This document shows, piece by piece, positions 18,901 to 27,481 of a stretch of 64,000 nt of DNA. This DNA comes from an uncultured Acidobacterium sp. GTDB lineage: Bacteria > Acidobacteriota > Vicinamibacteria > Vicinamibacterales > UBA2999. The position numbers and the translations under genes are program-made. A model generated the notes under the pieces. The model did not search any database and was not told the origin of the DNA. It saw nothing but the letters and a program-made list of their open reading frames with translations. The stretch covers positions 6,853-70,852 of the forward strand of contig CAYGMD010000001.1 of the NCBI GenBank assembly GCA_964350785.1, written 5' to 3'. Each line of letters starts with the position of its first letter. Position 1 is the first letter of the stretch.

Positions 18901-19154
18901 ACCAGCTCGGCCTCGACCTGGTACTGGCCCGGCTGAAGTGCGGTCACTTCGTATTGGCCGCGGTCGTTGGTCACCGTCTCGCGCGTGATGGACGTGGCCA
19001 GATTCCGGACCACGACGGTGACGCCGGGCAGAACGCCGGCGTCGGGGTCCTGGACCACGCCCAGGATTCGCCCGCCGCTCGTCTGTGCGCCGGCAATCAG
19101 AGGGAATGACAGGCACAGCGCCGTCAACATGATTACCGCTCTTCGTGTTCTCAT
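15951..19154 (-). CDS. TonB-dependent outer-membrane receptor with an N-terminal carboxypeptidase-regulatory-like domain
   Basis: 1067 aa. Signal peptide, then ..RILGVVQDPDAGVLPGVTVVVRNLATSITRETVTNDRGQYEV.., a plug region (..ELPLSGRNFASL..) and a C-terminal ..GLKVRF beta-barrel terminus. Confidence 0.9.
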   Translation of the reverse strand: MRTRRAVIMLTALCLSFPLIAGAQTSGGRILGVVQDPDAGVLPGVTVVVRNLATSITRETVTNDRGQYEVTALQPGQYQVEAELVGFRRYSQGPITVQVNQSTRVDAVLQLGNLNETITVVAAGIAVQTTTSSIGKVITEKEILELPLSGRNFASLGLLTPGVTTRGQSTTDVNYVVHGQRQDANNFQLDGVANVSLGGNSVQARPNVDAVQEFKIQTSNFSAEFGRNSGSVVQVVTKSGSNTVNGSAWEFNRNDSFQAKNYFATTDPPPLSQNQYGGTLGGPLAKNRTFLFGAFEGFRLSRGLTRQTVVATAQERAGDFSGLSRVIRDPLNGLPFPGNQIPANRISPAALKLLELMPLPNIAGAASRQNNFASSPEQNQTFDQYMLRLDHKFSDKWNLFYRHFLQDGTTFNPFQGSGPAGYLGFATQGTTRTQHATLGLTSTLSSTMINEVRVGWSGNSSLSSNLPLLNPVDYGINYVRPQDAAGGLGLPDITINGMSGIGNTIQGPSNNPSAEWQVSNVLTKNLGRHSLKMGAELRRGTDDFDLGFFFVGRFVFNGDYTGDPFADFLLGRAIEFNHAKGRTKLEMRNKNFGAFFQDDFQVADRLTLNLGVRYDFYSPITDALGQTSTFVVRTKDTGAPQSGVAEVIIAGTNGLPENSTYFPDWNNLQPRVGLAWDVFGDGRLAVRGGVGVFHNQLRNNLALQHILSYPFQEQPVYRDTTLENPIKPVTGTPIIGQLYSTNPDIVVPYTVAYSIGTQYQFLDNMVAEVAFVKNDGYDLLQFEEMNQPIYVAGQTTAANKDLYRPYTGFSSVLRSTNWGHSDYKGVEMSLQRRFTKGLGFGLAYTLSSSHDLMSGFHSGATSTTYLLKPQDARNPEAEYAASDFDARHRFTASQVWDLPFGPNGRWLKAGAMSQVVGGWTFTSIWTFQSGFPYNVFDGSDPCLLAGGYTATCRPNLVGDPNAGPKTATEWLNKAAYQRTTIGQLGSAPRNSFRGPGLVNTDFSLIKRIVLDSVHKGLGLELRLESFNAFNHVNFGVPNLNIASGAFGRIGGTATDAREYQVGLKVRF

Positions 19155-19266
19155 AAATATCCCGCCTTTTCAGTTAAGGTCGACGCATCACCCACCGCTT
19201 GCATCATCGCGCGCGCTCTTGCGTGACGCCCGGCCGGTGCCGCAGGGCTCCGCTCCCGCGTGGCGA

Positions 19267-20928
19267 CTACCGGCGCGGCGCCGCGTCCGCGGTCGTCCGT
19301 TGGGTCACGAACCGGGGCCTGGCAGGGGCCTCGGACAGTTCACGCGCGGTCAGGTAGACCAGGCGCGTGATCTTCTCCATCTTGGGGTAATTGAGCCGGT
19401 CCCAGGTGTCGTTGGCGGTGTGATAGTCGGGGTTCTCACCGGTGTTGAACAGCACCATGGGTATGCCCTTGATCGCAAACGGAAAGTGATCGCTGCGCTG
19501 GAACCACCCTTCGCGATCGTCGTTGTCGGTCTTGTAGTCGAGACGCAGGCCAATCGACTTGTTCTGGCGCTCGATCGCCTCGCGGAGATCCCGGCTGTAG
19601 AGCGTGCCGACCACGTTGACGCTGTTGCGGTTCTCGGCGGCCTTGGTGTTCCAGGTGGGCGACTCTTCGTCGCGGCCGATCATGTCCATGTTCAGCACCG
19701 CGACGGTGCGGTCGAGCGGCACGATCGGGTGATCGGCGTAGTAGAACGCGCCCTGGAGGAAGTCTTCCTCGGCCTCGAAGACCAGGAACATCACGCTGCG
19801 CTTCGGCGGGCGCGCCTTGAAGGCTTCGGCGATCGCGATGACGGCGGCTGTGGCGCTTGCGTTGTCGTCGGCGCCGTGGAAGACGATCGGCGGCTTCTGC
19901 CCCACGTGGTCGTAGTGCCCGGTCACGAGCACGTACTCGTCTTTCAGCTTGGGATCGGTCCCTTCGATGACGCCGACGACGTTGCGCGTCTGCACCGTCC
20001 GGCGCTCCGACACGGCGCGGCGCATCTGGATCGTGACCCCCGGCACCTCGAACGATTGCGGGCGGCCGGCCTTGTCCACCGACGACTGCAGATCGGCAAT
20101 CGTCTTGCCCGACCCGGCCAGCAGGTCGTCGGCGACGCGCGCGTCGATGGTGAAGACCGGCAGATCCCAGAACGGGCTCGTCAGCGAGTGGTTGGGCCGG
20201 TCGGTCCGAACCTGGCCGTTGGTCGGACCGCTCGCCAGCCGCTGGGGACGCCGCGGCGGCCCCTGCACGATGAGCACCCCGGCCGCGCCTCGGTGTCGCG
20301 CCACTTCGGGCTTCCACGAGGGGTACGCGTGGAAGGTGTCCCACGTACCCAGGAAGCGGCTTTGCGTGTCGGCCGCCTGCGGCTCGCGCGAGAGCACGAG
20401 CACGACCTTGCCGGCCACGTCGAGACCGGCGTAGTCGTTGTAGCCGTATTCCGGCGCGTCGATGCCGTAGCCGGCGAACACAAGCGGTGCGGTGACGTCG
20501 ACGTCGGTGCCGCCCTGCCGCGCGAGGGTGAAGTCCGATCCGAGCACGTAATTGCGCGCCGTCGTCGTGCCACCGGCCTTGGCCGTGACCGTCGCGCGGA
20601 GTCGTGTCTGCGCGCGGTCGATGGTGGACTCCGACATCGGGAACGTCTGGAAGTACGAGCCGCCGTCACCGACCGTTTTCAGGCCCAGCCGATAGAAGAA
20701 CCCCGCGAGGTAATTGGCGGCGATGCGGCCCTCGAGGCTGAGCGAATCGCGGCCACCCATCTCCGGCGCGGCGAGGAAGTAGACATGACCCTTGAGCGCG
20801 TCGGCGCGAATGCTCTCGACGCCGACATCGCCAGCCTGCGCGGCCGCCAGGGCGGACAGGACGACGCACAACGCACCCGCGGTCGCCGTGGTACGAACGC
20901 GCAGCACATCGCGAGACTCTGTAGGCAT
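19267..20928 (-). CDS. M28-family aminopeptidase with PA domain, exported (paralogue of 12928..14577)
   Basis: ..YVLVTGHYDHVG.., ..HGADDNASATAAV.. and ..NTGENPDYHTANDTWDRLNY.. motifs. N-terminal signal sequence. Confidence 0.85.
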   Translation of the reverse strand: MPTESRDVLRVRTTATAGALCVVLSALAAAQAGDVGVESIRADALKGHVYFLAAPEMGGRDSLSLEGRIAANYLAGFFYRLGLKTVGDGGSYFQTFPMSESTIDRAQTRLRATVTAKAGGTTTARNYVLGSDFTLARQGGTDVDVTAPLVFAGYGIDAPEYGYNDYAGLDVAGKVVLVLSREPQAADTQSRFLGTWDTFHAYPSWKPEVARHRGAAGVLIVQGPPRRPQRLASGPTNGQVRTDRPNHSLTSPFWDLPVFTIDARVADDLLAGSGKTIADLQSSVDKAGRPQSFEVPGVTIQMRRAVSERRTVQTRNVVGVIEGTDPKLKDEYVLVTGHYDHVGQKPPIVFHGADDNASATAAVIAIAEAFKARPPKRSVMFLVFEAEEDFLQGAFYYADHPIVPLDRTVAVLNMDMIGRDEESPTWNTKAAENRNSVNVVGTLYSRDLREAIERQNKSIGLRLDYKTDNDDREGWFQRSDHFPFAIKGIPMVLFNTGENPDYHTANDTWDRLNYPKMEKITRLVYLTARELSEAPARPRFVTQRTTADAAPRR

Positions 20929-21259
20929 GGGAGCACTCTCCTTGGACAGCGTCGAACTCGGCGGTGAGTATGTCAGATTCGCAATTAGCTGTTACACGTT
21001 TTTCAATGCTACGTGCACATGGATAAGGTGACGATCGCTGATGAGTTCTATGACCGCACGAATCAATCACTCCCGCTCTCGCGGTGACTGCGCGATGTCG
21101 TAGTCGTCGCGATGATTGTCGACGGACGTCAACCAAGTCGTTCTAAGGACAACGCAACAGGCAACAAGAACCAGGCCTGCGACGAGCGCTTCCTTCTTCA
21201 GTCTTCGGCTGGCTCGGATCGACAAAATTCTTGGAGACATTTAGGAGGCCGCAAACACC

Positions 21260-21790
21260 TTGCTCTATGTGCGCGGCGTCGAGATGGTGCCGATGCGCGA
21301 CGGGACCAGGCTCTACACGGTCATCCTGATTCTCAAGGGCGCGAAGAACCTACCGATGATCCTGACGCGCACGTGCTACAACGCGGAAGCTCGTGCGCCG
21401 CGCGCCGCGTGCCCAATGCCACCGGCAACGCCACGACCCCAGCCGGCGGGCAGGGATCAGCCCCGGGCCGGGAGCCGGTTGATTCGCCTCGCCTGATCAA
21501 CCAGCTCGGCTTGCCTGACGAAGTCTTCGTCAGCGCCGGATGGATTCGCATCTATCAGGACGTCCGCGGCAAGTACAACAGTGAAGGGCCGTACCTGATG
21601 ACGCCGCCGCCCGTGGGACCATTCAATGCCACTGGCGCAGATGACACCACCGACGGCTACGACACCATCGACTGGCTGGTGAAGAACGTGCCCGAGTCGA
21701 ACGGGCGCGTCGGCATGCTCGGCGCGAGCTACGAGGGCTACACCGTACAGATGGCGCTGTTGAACCCGGCGCACTGGATCCCGACTGGCA
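21260..21790 (+). pseudogene. remnant of a CocE/NonD-family (S15 X-Pro dipeptidyl-peptidase-like) hydrolase, frameshifted and 3'-truncated
   Basis: AGGAGG then TTG at 21260 gives ..VRGVEMVPMRDGTRLYTVILI..PMILTRT.YNA... Similarity continues in another frame (ORF 21112..21915): ..DEVFVSAGWIRIYQDVRGKYNSEGPY.. and ..TDGYDTIDWLVKNVPESNGRVGMLGASYEGYT... It is lost after ..ALLNPA near 21775, so at least two thirds of a normal protein is missing. Confidence 0.7.
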
Positions 21791-21797
21791 GTGCTCT

Positions 21798-21851
21798 CCC
21801 GTCAAGACGTGCCACCCCGTCAAGGTGTGTCGCCCCGTCAGGTTCTACCGC
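21798..21851. repeat. 3 x 18-bp direct repeat at the pseudogene truncation point
   Basis: CCCGTCAAGACGTGCCAC / CCCGTCAAGGTGTGTCGC / CCCGTCAGGTTCTACCGC. It overlaps the stop of the minus-strand gene at 21845. Confidence 0.6.
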
Positions 21852-24160
21852 GCGAGCCAGTAAGTCATCTTCACGGCGAGCGAACGCGAGTGAACGCGAG
21901 CCGAATCGGCCGTGACGACGCGCGAGCTCAACGGCAGATCGATGTCCCAACCCTGGTTATAGACCACGTACAAGTCGCTGCCCGGCTTGTAGTGGTACCA
22001 CCACAGGAAATTGAAGCTCGCGGTCTTGCGGTCGTCGTTGTACTGGATGAAGCCCTTCAGGTAGAAGTCGGGCGAGTACGAGTGGCTGACGCGGAAGTTG
22101 AGCACGTTGCTCGAGTAGTTGGGGCGGCCGGGCAACTGGACGCGGTTGTGCGTGTAATTGGGTTCGAACAGCAGCGTCTTGCCGGCCTGGATGGTGATGC
22201 TGGCGCGCAGCGCCTGGCGGTCGCCGCTGTAATAGCCGCCGGCATCCGCGCCGATGGTGGCGTACACGCGCTTGGTGCGGTCGAACGAATAGCTGGCCGA
22301 GGCCGTGGTCCACGAGTACTCGCCGACCGGCAGCACGGTGCCGGCGGTCGTGAACGGGTGGCTCAAGTTGTCGTACTCGTGCGTGACCTTGGCCGTGGCG
22401 CCCGACGTGTTCTGCATCTGCAGGTGGGCCGTCAGCTCCTGGGTGCGCGACTCGACGCGGCCAGCGTGGTTCTCGTAGTAGTCGGCGTTGGCGCCCAGCA
22501 CCACCTGGCGCACGCCCTGCCACTTGGGCCGCGGCGTCCAGCCACCCTTGACCGAACCGGCGCGGATGTCGAGGCGCGGGATGTAGCCTATCTCGGCGTT
22601 GAAGTGCTCGCCGATGTCCTGGTACTGCGTCCCGAAATTGAACTTGTCGTTCTTCCACAGGAAGTCGGCGACCCCGGCATTGGTAGAGCCAGGGGCTTGT
22701 CCTGAGCGAGGTTGACCTTGGACCTGGTCCGAGGTCGACCGAGTCGAAGGCGAGAAGGTCTTGGCGAACAGGCTCGTGAACGTGACGTAGCGGCCGAGCA
22801 CGAGGCCGGCGTCAAAACCCAGCGAGCGATTGAAGTCGGAGATGCCGTTCGCGCTGTTCAACAGCAGCATGCCGACGCTCGACTTCGCCAGCACGTTGCG
22901 CTTGACGCGAATCGCCGTGAAGTTGGCGTTGTCGAGCTGCCGCGTCGCCAGCGTTTCTTCCCCGGTGGTGATGTTCAACACGCCCAGCGCGTAGTCGCCA
23001 ATGCGCCCGGTGACGCGGCCGCCGCCGATGATCGGCACCTGCTGCCCGTCGACCAGGCCAATGCGGCGGCTGTAGAACAACGCGAGCAGCCCCGGATCGT
23101 GGGCCGCCGCCTCGCCGCCCAGCCCGGCCACGGCCTTGCCGAAGTCGAAGATGCCGGCGCTCTCGGTGAAGAACTGGCGCTTCTCGGGAAAGAACAGGCT
23201 GAAGCGGGTGAGGTTCACGACCTCCTGGTCGGCTTCGACCTGCGCGAAGTCGGTGTGATAGGTGAGGTCGGCAATCAGGTCGTTGGTCAGGCCCACCTTG
23301 AAGTCGCCGCCGTATTTCGCGTCGGCCTCGGCCTCGGCCTGCCTCACGTAGTCGCGCGCGGCGGTCGGCAGCATGTACGGCACGAACTCGATGCGCCGGC
23401 GCGACTTCAGGTCCTTGAGCCCGGTCAGCACGCCGGCATTCGACACGCGCGCAAAACCCGACGCGCCCCATTCACGCGGGAACGGCACCCAATACGATTC
23501 CTCGTTCTTGCGGAACAGGATGCGGCACAGGTTGATGCCCCACAGCGACTCGCCGATGGTCGTGCGGAACCGCAACTGGCTGAGCGGGATGGCGATCTCG
23601 ATGTACCACCCCTTGTCGTCGATCGAGGTCTTGTTGTCCCACACCGCGTTCCAGTCGTAGTTGATGGTGCGGCCGTTCTCGACGGTGTTGGCGTCCTTGT
23701 AGGCGCCGAGCGGGTTGGTGCTGAAGTAAAAGGCGTTGCGATGGTCGTGGAAGGTGTCGATGGTGATCTTGAGCTGGTCGCCCTTGTTCAGCCCGGCATC
23801 CCGCTTCATCTCGCTCGCGAGGATGCCGGATGGATCACTGTCCCAGACCCAGACGCCGAGGTACAGCGTCTTGTCGTCGTAGAGCACCCGGAACTCGGTC
23901 TTCTCGGTCGAGGGCTTGCCGTAATCAGGCTCGCGCTGGACGAAATTGCCTTGCGGCGGCGCCAGGGCCCACGCCTCGTCGGTCAGGCGGCCATCGATCT
24001 TCGGCTGCTGGCCGTCGGCGAGCTTGAACGCGATGGCGCGAAAGGTTTCGGGGTCGATGGTTTTGACATCCAACGCCGATTGCGCCAACACCGATGATGC
24101 ATGAGGGCCGCAGATGACACAGATGACGCAGATCAAGGGACGGATCAGCCGCGCTTGCAT
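21845..24160 (-). CDS. CBM9-like / DUF5916-family outer-membrane protein
   Basis: Start taken at MQARLIRPLICVICVICGPHASSVLAQS. An N-terminal CBM9-like domain (..IDGRLTDEAWALAPPQGNFVQREPDYG.., ..YEIAIPLSQLRF..) is followed by a long beta-rich C-terminal part. Confidence 0.7.
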   Translation of the reverse strand: MQARLIRPLICVICVICGPHASSVLAQSALDVKTIDPETFRAIAFKLADGQQPKIDGRLTDEAWALAPPQGNFVQREPDYGKPSTEKTEFRVLYDDKTLYLGVWVWDSDPSGILASEMKRDAGLNKGDQLKITIDTFHDHRNAFYFSTNPLGAYKDANTVENGRTINYDWNAVWDNKTSIDDKGWYIEIAIPLSQLRFRTTIGESLWGINLCRILFRKNEESYWVPFPREWGASGFARVSNAGVLTGLKDLKSRRRIEFVPYMLPTAARDYVRQAEAEADAKYGGDFKVGLTNDLIADLTYHTDFAQVEADQEVVNLTRFSLFFPEKRQFFTESAGIFDFGKAVAGLGGEAAAHDPGLLALFYSRRIGLVDGQQVPIIGGGRVTGRIGDYALGVLNITTGEETLATRQLDNANFTAIRVKRNVLAKSSVGMLLLNSANGISDFNRSLGFDAGLVLGRYVTFTSLFAKTFSPSTRSTSDQVQGQPRSGQAPGSTNAGVADFLWKNDKFNFGTQYQDIGEHFNAEIGYIPRLDIRAGSVKGGWTPRPKWQGVRQVVLGANADYYENHAGRVESRTQELTAHLQMQNTSGATAKVTHEYDNLSHPFTTAGTVLPVGEYSWTTASASYSFDRTKRVYATIGADAGGYYSGDRQALRASITIQAGKTLLFEPNYTHNRVQLPGRPNYSSNVLNFRVSHSYSPDFYLKGFIQYNDDRKTASFNFLWWYHYKPGSDLYVVYNQGWDIDLPLSSRVVTADSARVHSRSLAVKMTYWLAR

Positions 24161-24200
24161 CCAATGGATTCTACCGGTGCGATCCAATCCGGCCTTGCAA

Positions 24201-24599
24201 TCATTTGTCTGTGGTGCGCAGGCGCACGACGGCGGCGCGGAATTCCTCGAGCGTTCGCTCGGCGCTGTCGCGACCCAGGCGCCGGGCCAGGGGTTCGATC
24301 AGCCAGGCCAGCAGCCGCGGGAAGCGCCGGCTGAGACCCAATGTCTCGAGCTCGACGCGGACCCCCGTGGGGACGGATTCGAAGCTGGTGAAGGTGTTCG
24401 CGGCCCAGAAGTTCTTGCTGTCACTGAAACCGGCCGGCGGCGGCCCGGCGGGTTGATTCTCGGAATCGAGCTGCCGGATCTTACGGGTCTCACTCAAGGC
24501 CCGCATGCCATTCGGCGCGACGACATACGTCACTTCCGACCAGCCAGGGTGAGGGCGACCACGGTGACGGCCGGCATGACACCCCTTCCTAAGGGACAA
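24201..24599 (-). CDS. hypothetical protein, possibly SRPBCC-like
   Basis: 132-aa ORF overlapping the upstream gene by 11 nt. The C-terminal helix ..LAWLIEPLARRLGRDSAERTLEEFRAAV.. resembles the SRPBCC fold, but the assignment is weak. Confidence 0.4.
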   Translation of the reverse strand: MSLRKGCHAGRHRGRPHPGWSEVTYVVAPNGMRALSETRKIRQLDSENQPAGPPPAGFSDSKNFWAANTFTSFESVPTGVRVELETLGLSRRFPRLLAWLIEPLARRLGRDSAERTLEEFRAAVVRLRTTDK

Positions 24600-25863
24600 A
24601 CGGCACGGCTGCGGTCCGGCGCGACAGCCGCGACAGATGCAGCGGATCGTGCGTGTTGAACATCACGCGCCATCCTTCCTTGCCATGTGCCACCTCAACC
24701 CGGGCGAACGTGGCCTTCTCGGTATGGAGCCGCAGGCCGACGCCAAACGAGGTCTTGTCGAGGTTGAGGTCGGTCATCCGCGCCGCCACGTTGCCGGCAT
24801 CGGCGAACACCGCCAGGTCAACGTGCGTCATCAGCGCCAGGCGCGTTTCGACGTTGACGATCGCCAGGTGCCGATCGTGGAAGCGGTAGTTCGAGTAGGC
24901 GCGCAGGGTGTTGCTGCCGCCGAGCGAGGGCATCAGGTAGAAGGGAACCGCGGCGCCCTCCGCGGTGTCGGTCCCCGCCACCCAGCCGCGCAGCGCGAGC
25001 GTGAGTCGCGAGTTCGCGACCGGGACGAAGTGCGCGGCTTCGGCCTCGAAGCGCTGGAAGCTGAAGGCGGCCAGATCGCGGGCCCAGTACCGCGTCCACG
25101 CCGTGCGATAAACGCCGCCGCGCCGCGGGTGGCTGCGGTGGTCGCGGGTATCGGCGGTCACCGACACCTCGCCATGCACGTAGCTGGGCTGCTCGGCGAC
25201 CGCAAACACGGCGTCGCGCGGGAACAGCTCGCGCGTCGCGGGCGAGTCGTCTCGGAATGTGCCGGCGGGCACGTCAATGGCGGGGTGCCGCAGCCAACCG
25301 CCGTTGGCGCCAATCGTGAGCCACCGCGCCGGCCGGAATCTCCCGTAACCAACGGCGTTCAGCGACTTCAGGCGGTACTCGCTGCGATCGGTCTCGACCG
25401 TCTCAGGACCGGCACCGAAGTACGGGTTCTGCGTGTAGTCCTGCCACCTCAGTTCCGTGCCCAGGGCCACCCGGCTGCGCAGCAGGTTGGTGAACTCGAA
25501 GCTGGTGTGGGCCAGCTTGTAGGACCGCCACGAAATGGCGGCCGAGGCATCAAACACCATGCGGTCGCCGTCGATCCAGCGGCGGTAGCCGCCGCCGCCG
25601 GAAATCCAGCCGGCGCCGGTAATCATGCCGGACAACTCAGGATAGAACCCGCTCTTCTCGCCTGACCCGTCGCCCGCTGTCCGCGTGGCAAAGTCAATCG
25701 CGCGGCTCAGGAAATGCGGTTCGGGCAGCAGGCCTTCGGCGACTGGCGCCTGGTTGGACGGCGCCTCGGCTTGCTGCGCCCCCGCGGCGCTCGGGGCCAG
25801 CGCGAGTGCCGCGGCCAGCGCGAACGGTCCCGCTAGCGCCGCGACGTGGGTCGATCTCATCAT
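24589..25863 (-). CDS. Omp85/BamA-family outer-membrane protein (bacterial surface antigen domain)
   Basis: Signal peptide MMRSTHVAALAGPFALAAALALAPSAAGA. C-terminal barrel with ..FYLMPSLGGSNTLRAYSNYRF.. and ..FADAGNV... Confidence 0.75.
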   Translation of the reverse strand: MMRSTHVAALAGPFALAAALALAPSAAGAQQAEAPSNQAPVAEGLLPEPHFLSRAIDFATRTAGDGSGEKSGFYPELSGMITGAGWISGGGGYRRWIDGDRMVFDASAAISWRSYKLAHTSFEFTNLLRSRVALGTELRWQDYTQNPYFGAGPETVETDRSEYRLKSLNAVGYGRFRPARWLTIGANGGWLRHPAIDVPAGTFRDDSPATRELFPRDAVFAVAEQPSYVHGEVSVTADTRDHRSHPRRGGVYRTAWTRYWARDLAAFSFQRFEAEAAHFVPVANSRLTLALRGWVAGTDTAEGAAVPFYLMPSLGGSNTLRAYSNYRFHDRHLAIVNVETRLALMTHVDLAVFADAGNVAARMTDLNLDKTSFGVGLRLHTEKATFARVEVAHGKEGWRVMFNTHDPLHLSRLSRRTAAVPFVP

Positions 25864-26474
25864 GCACCTCCTGTCGTGAGGGCCACGAGACCGAACCTGG
25901 TTGTCGGTTCGCCGAGCGCGAACGGCAGGATGTCGACTATCAAGCTGGCATGAACATCAATCAGGATCAGGTCGCGGCCAACCATTCGGTAGACCAGCTC
26001 GGGCGGCAGCGGCGGCAGCGCTTCCATTACGGACGGAAACATCGCCGTCCCAACGGCCCAGGGGAACCGGCCGTTGACCCGCAAGGTAACAGCGCCCGGG
26101 TCCACGCCCTCGGCCAACCCGGCGGCCAGCACGTCGTCCGGCGTGAAGCCGTGCGTTCGCAGGGCCCGGGCAATACGAACGCGTATGGCCGCCTCAACCG
26201 CCGGGTTGAACAGATCGCCCTGCCTGGCGTCCGGCCTGGCGACGCGAACCGCCGCGGCCATGGCATCGATGGCCTTGAGGATGGTCTCGGGGTTGGCGTT
26301 CACCTCCATGGCCGGCAGCCGGCGTTCGACCTGGCGGTGCATGAAGGCGTAGTCTTCCGCCGCTCGCAGGAAGCGCAGGACGCCGTCGGCGTCGACCGGC
26401 TGGCCGCGGGCATGACCGATGAGGGCAAAGATTGCGACGGTGATGCCGGTGATGGCAAGGCGGGTGAATCTCAC
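25860..26474 (-). CDS. secreted hypothetical protein (paralogue of 48733..49191)
   Basis: Preferred start is GTG at aa 21 of ORF 25860..26534 (GGGAGG 6 nt upstream), giving the signal peptide VRFTRLAITGITVAIFALIGHARG. Shares ..ALPPLPPELVYRMVGRDLILI.. with the 48.7-kb ORF. Its stop overlaps the Omp85 start (ATGA). Confidence 0.6.
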   Translation of the reverse strand: MRFTRLAITGITVAIFALIGHARGQPVDADGVLRFLRAAEDYAFMHRQVERRLPAMEVNANPETILKAIDAMAAAVRVARPDARQGDLFNPAVEAAIRVRIARALRTHGFTPDDVLAAGLAEGVDPGAVTLRVNGRFPWAVGTAMFPSVMEALPPLPPELVYRMVGRDLILIDVHASLIVDILPFALGEPTTRFGLVALTTGGA

Positions 26475-26502
26475 GGCAATCCTCCCGGATAGTGTCGGGA
26501 GT

Positions 26503-26518
26503 TGCACCCCCCATGCCA
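26503..26518 (-). promoter_or_regulatory. candidate sigma-54 (-24/-12) promoter
   Basis: Minus strand reads TGGCAT-GGGGG-GTGCA, with GG and GC 10 nt apart. It lies about 30-45 nt upstream of the GTG at 26474. Confidence 0.55.
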
Positions 26519-26630
26519 CGGCCCACGGGTGCAAATCCCGCCAGATTCAGGGTGTTCGTGCAGGGGAATGGGGAGAATGCGCGGTCGCCCCTTGAAATCT
26601 TCCGCGGGCGCAGACGGGGTCGCCGCCAGG

Positions 26631-27416
26631 TCAGCAGCCGGGTACGGCCAGCACAAACGCGCGGCCGGTCTTGAGCACCGCGGAGGCAATGAGCCCCGGC
26701 CGCCCGCGCGGCTGCTGGCGCAAGCCCATAACCACCAGGCCGGCGCCCTCGGCCACCGCGCAGCGCGAGATCTCTTCCGCCACGTCGCCACGCCTGACAA
26801 CCAGCGACGTCGGCTTGACCGGCTCGAGGCCGCGCCCGCGGTCGCGCAGTTCGGCCGCCGCATCGTGGTCGGAGACCTTGCTGCGGGCCACGGTCATCAG
26901 CACGAGCGGCTGCCCGGCCACCTGAGCCAGGCGGCTGGCCAGCTGCAGCTGGTGCTCACAAGGCATGGTCAAGTTGATGGGAGCTACCAACGGCCCGCAC
27001 GTCAGGGCCGCCCGCTCGCCCATGCTGACAATGTCGACCTCGGTTGGCGGCACCAGCAGCACCGGTGTGCGCGCCAGGCCCAGCAACGCCTCGCTCGTCG
27101 AGCCCAGCAGCAGCCGCGCCAGGCCGCCGTGACCGCGCGAGCCGACGACGATGAGCGTGGCGGCGTGGCGCAGGGCCTCGCGCTGAATGACCTCCGACAC
27201 GCGGCCGGTGGCGACAATCACCGACTCGCTCTCGATGTCGGCCTCATACGGCGCGGCGCGCTCGCACTCGGCCAGCACGCGCTGCTTCGCGCCGGCCGAA
27301 TCATCCGCGCTGACATGCAGGACGAGCAGCCGGGTGCCCAGCAGCTTTGACAAGCCGTAGGCGTGAAACAGCACCCGCCCCGTCAGCGGTCCAAGGTCAA
27401 CGGCGCACAAAATCAC
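26631..27416 (-). CDS. tandem universal stress protein (two Usp domains)
   Basis: ..ILCAVDLG.. and ..LIVVGSRGHGGLARLLLGSTSEALLGLARTPVLLV.., followed by a second Usp-like half. ORF 26631..27563. The start is uncertain; GTG at 27416 is preferred over TTG at 27563. Confidence 0.8.
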   Translation of the reverse strand: MILCAVDLGPLTGRVLFHAYGLSKLLGTRLLVLHVSADDSAGAKQRVLAECERAAPYEADIESESVIVATGRVSEVIQREALRHAATLIVVGSRGHGGLARLLLGSTSEALLGLARTPVLLVPPTEVDIVSMGERAALTCGPLVAPINLTMPCEHQLQLASRLAQVAGQPLVLMTVARSKVSDHDAAAELRDRGRGLEPVKPTSLVVRRGDVAEEISRCAVAEGAGLVVMGLRQQPRGRPGLIASAVLKTGRAFVLAVPGC

Positions 27417-27481
27417 GCCATTCGTAAAGGCAAGGGCCGTGCCGCGATCGGGCGCGCCAAGTGGGGGCCAAATGGCCGAAA

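Noticed and set aside
21065-21238. 57-codon minus-strand ORF (MSPRILSIRASRRLKKEALVAGLVLVACCVVLRTTWLTSV..) in the lower-GC region between the M28 peptidase and the CocE/NonD remnant.
   Set aside because: There is no RBS and codon usage is not GC3-biased. It lies in what is more simply the divergent promoter region. Support is insufficient to call a gene.
26534-26547. Search for a common upstream activator site. GATT/AATC-containing inverted repeats lie 24-31 nt upstream of the -24 element at three promoters: 26534..26547, 39546..39574 and 44541..44553.
   Set aside because: Arm orientation (AATC..GATT versus GATT..AATC) and spacer length (6, 7 and 5 nt) differ, so they are not the same site. 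The 39.5-kb repeat may simply be the BON-gene terminator. No shared UAS could be established by eye.
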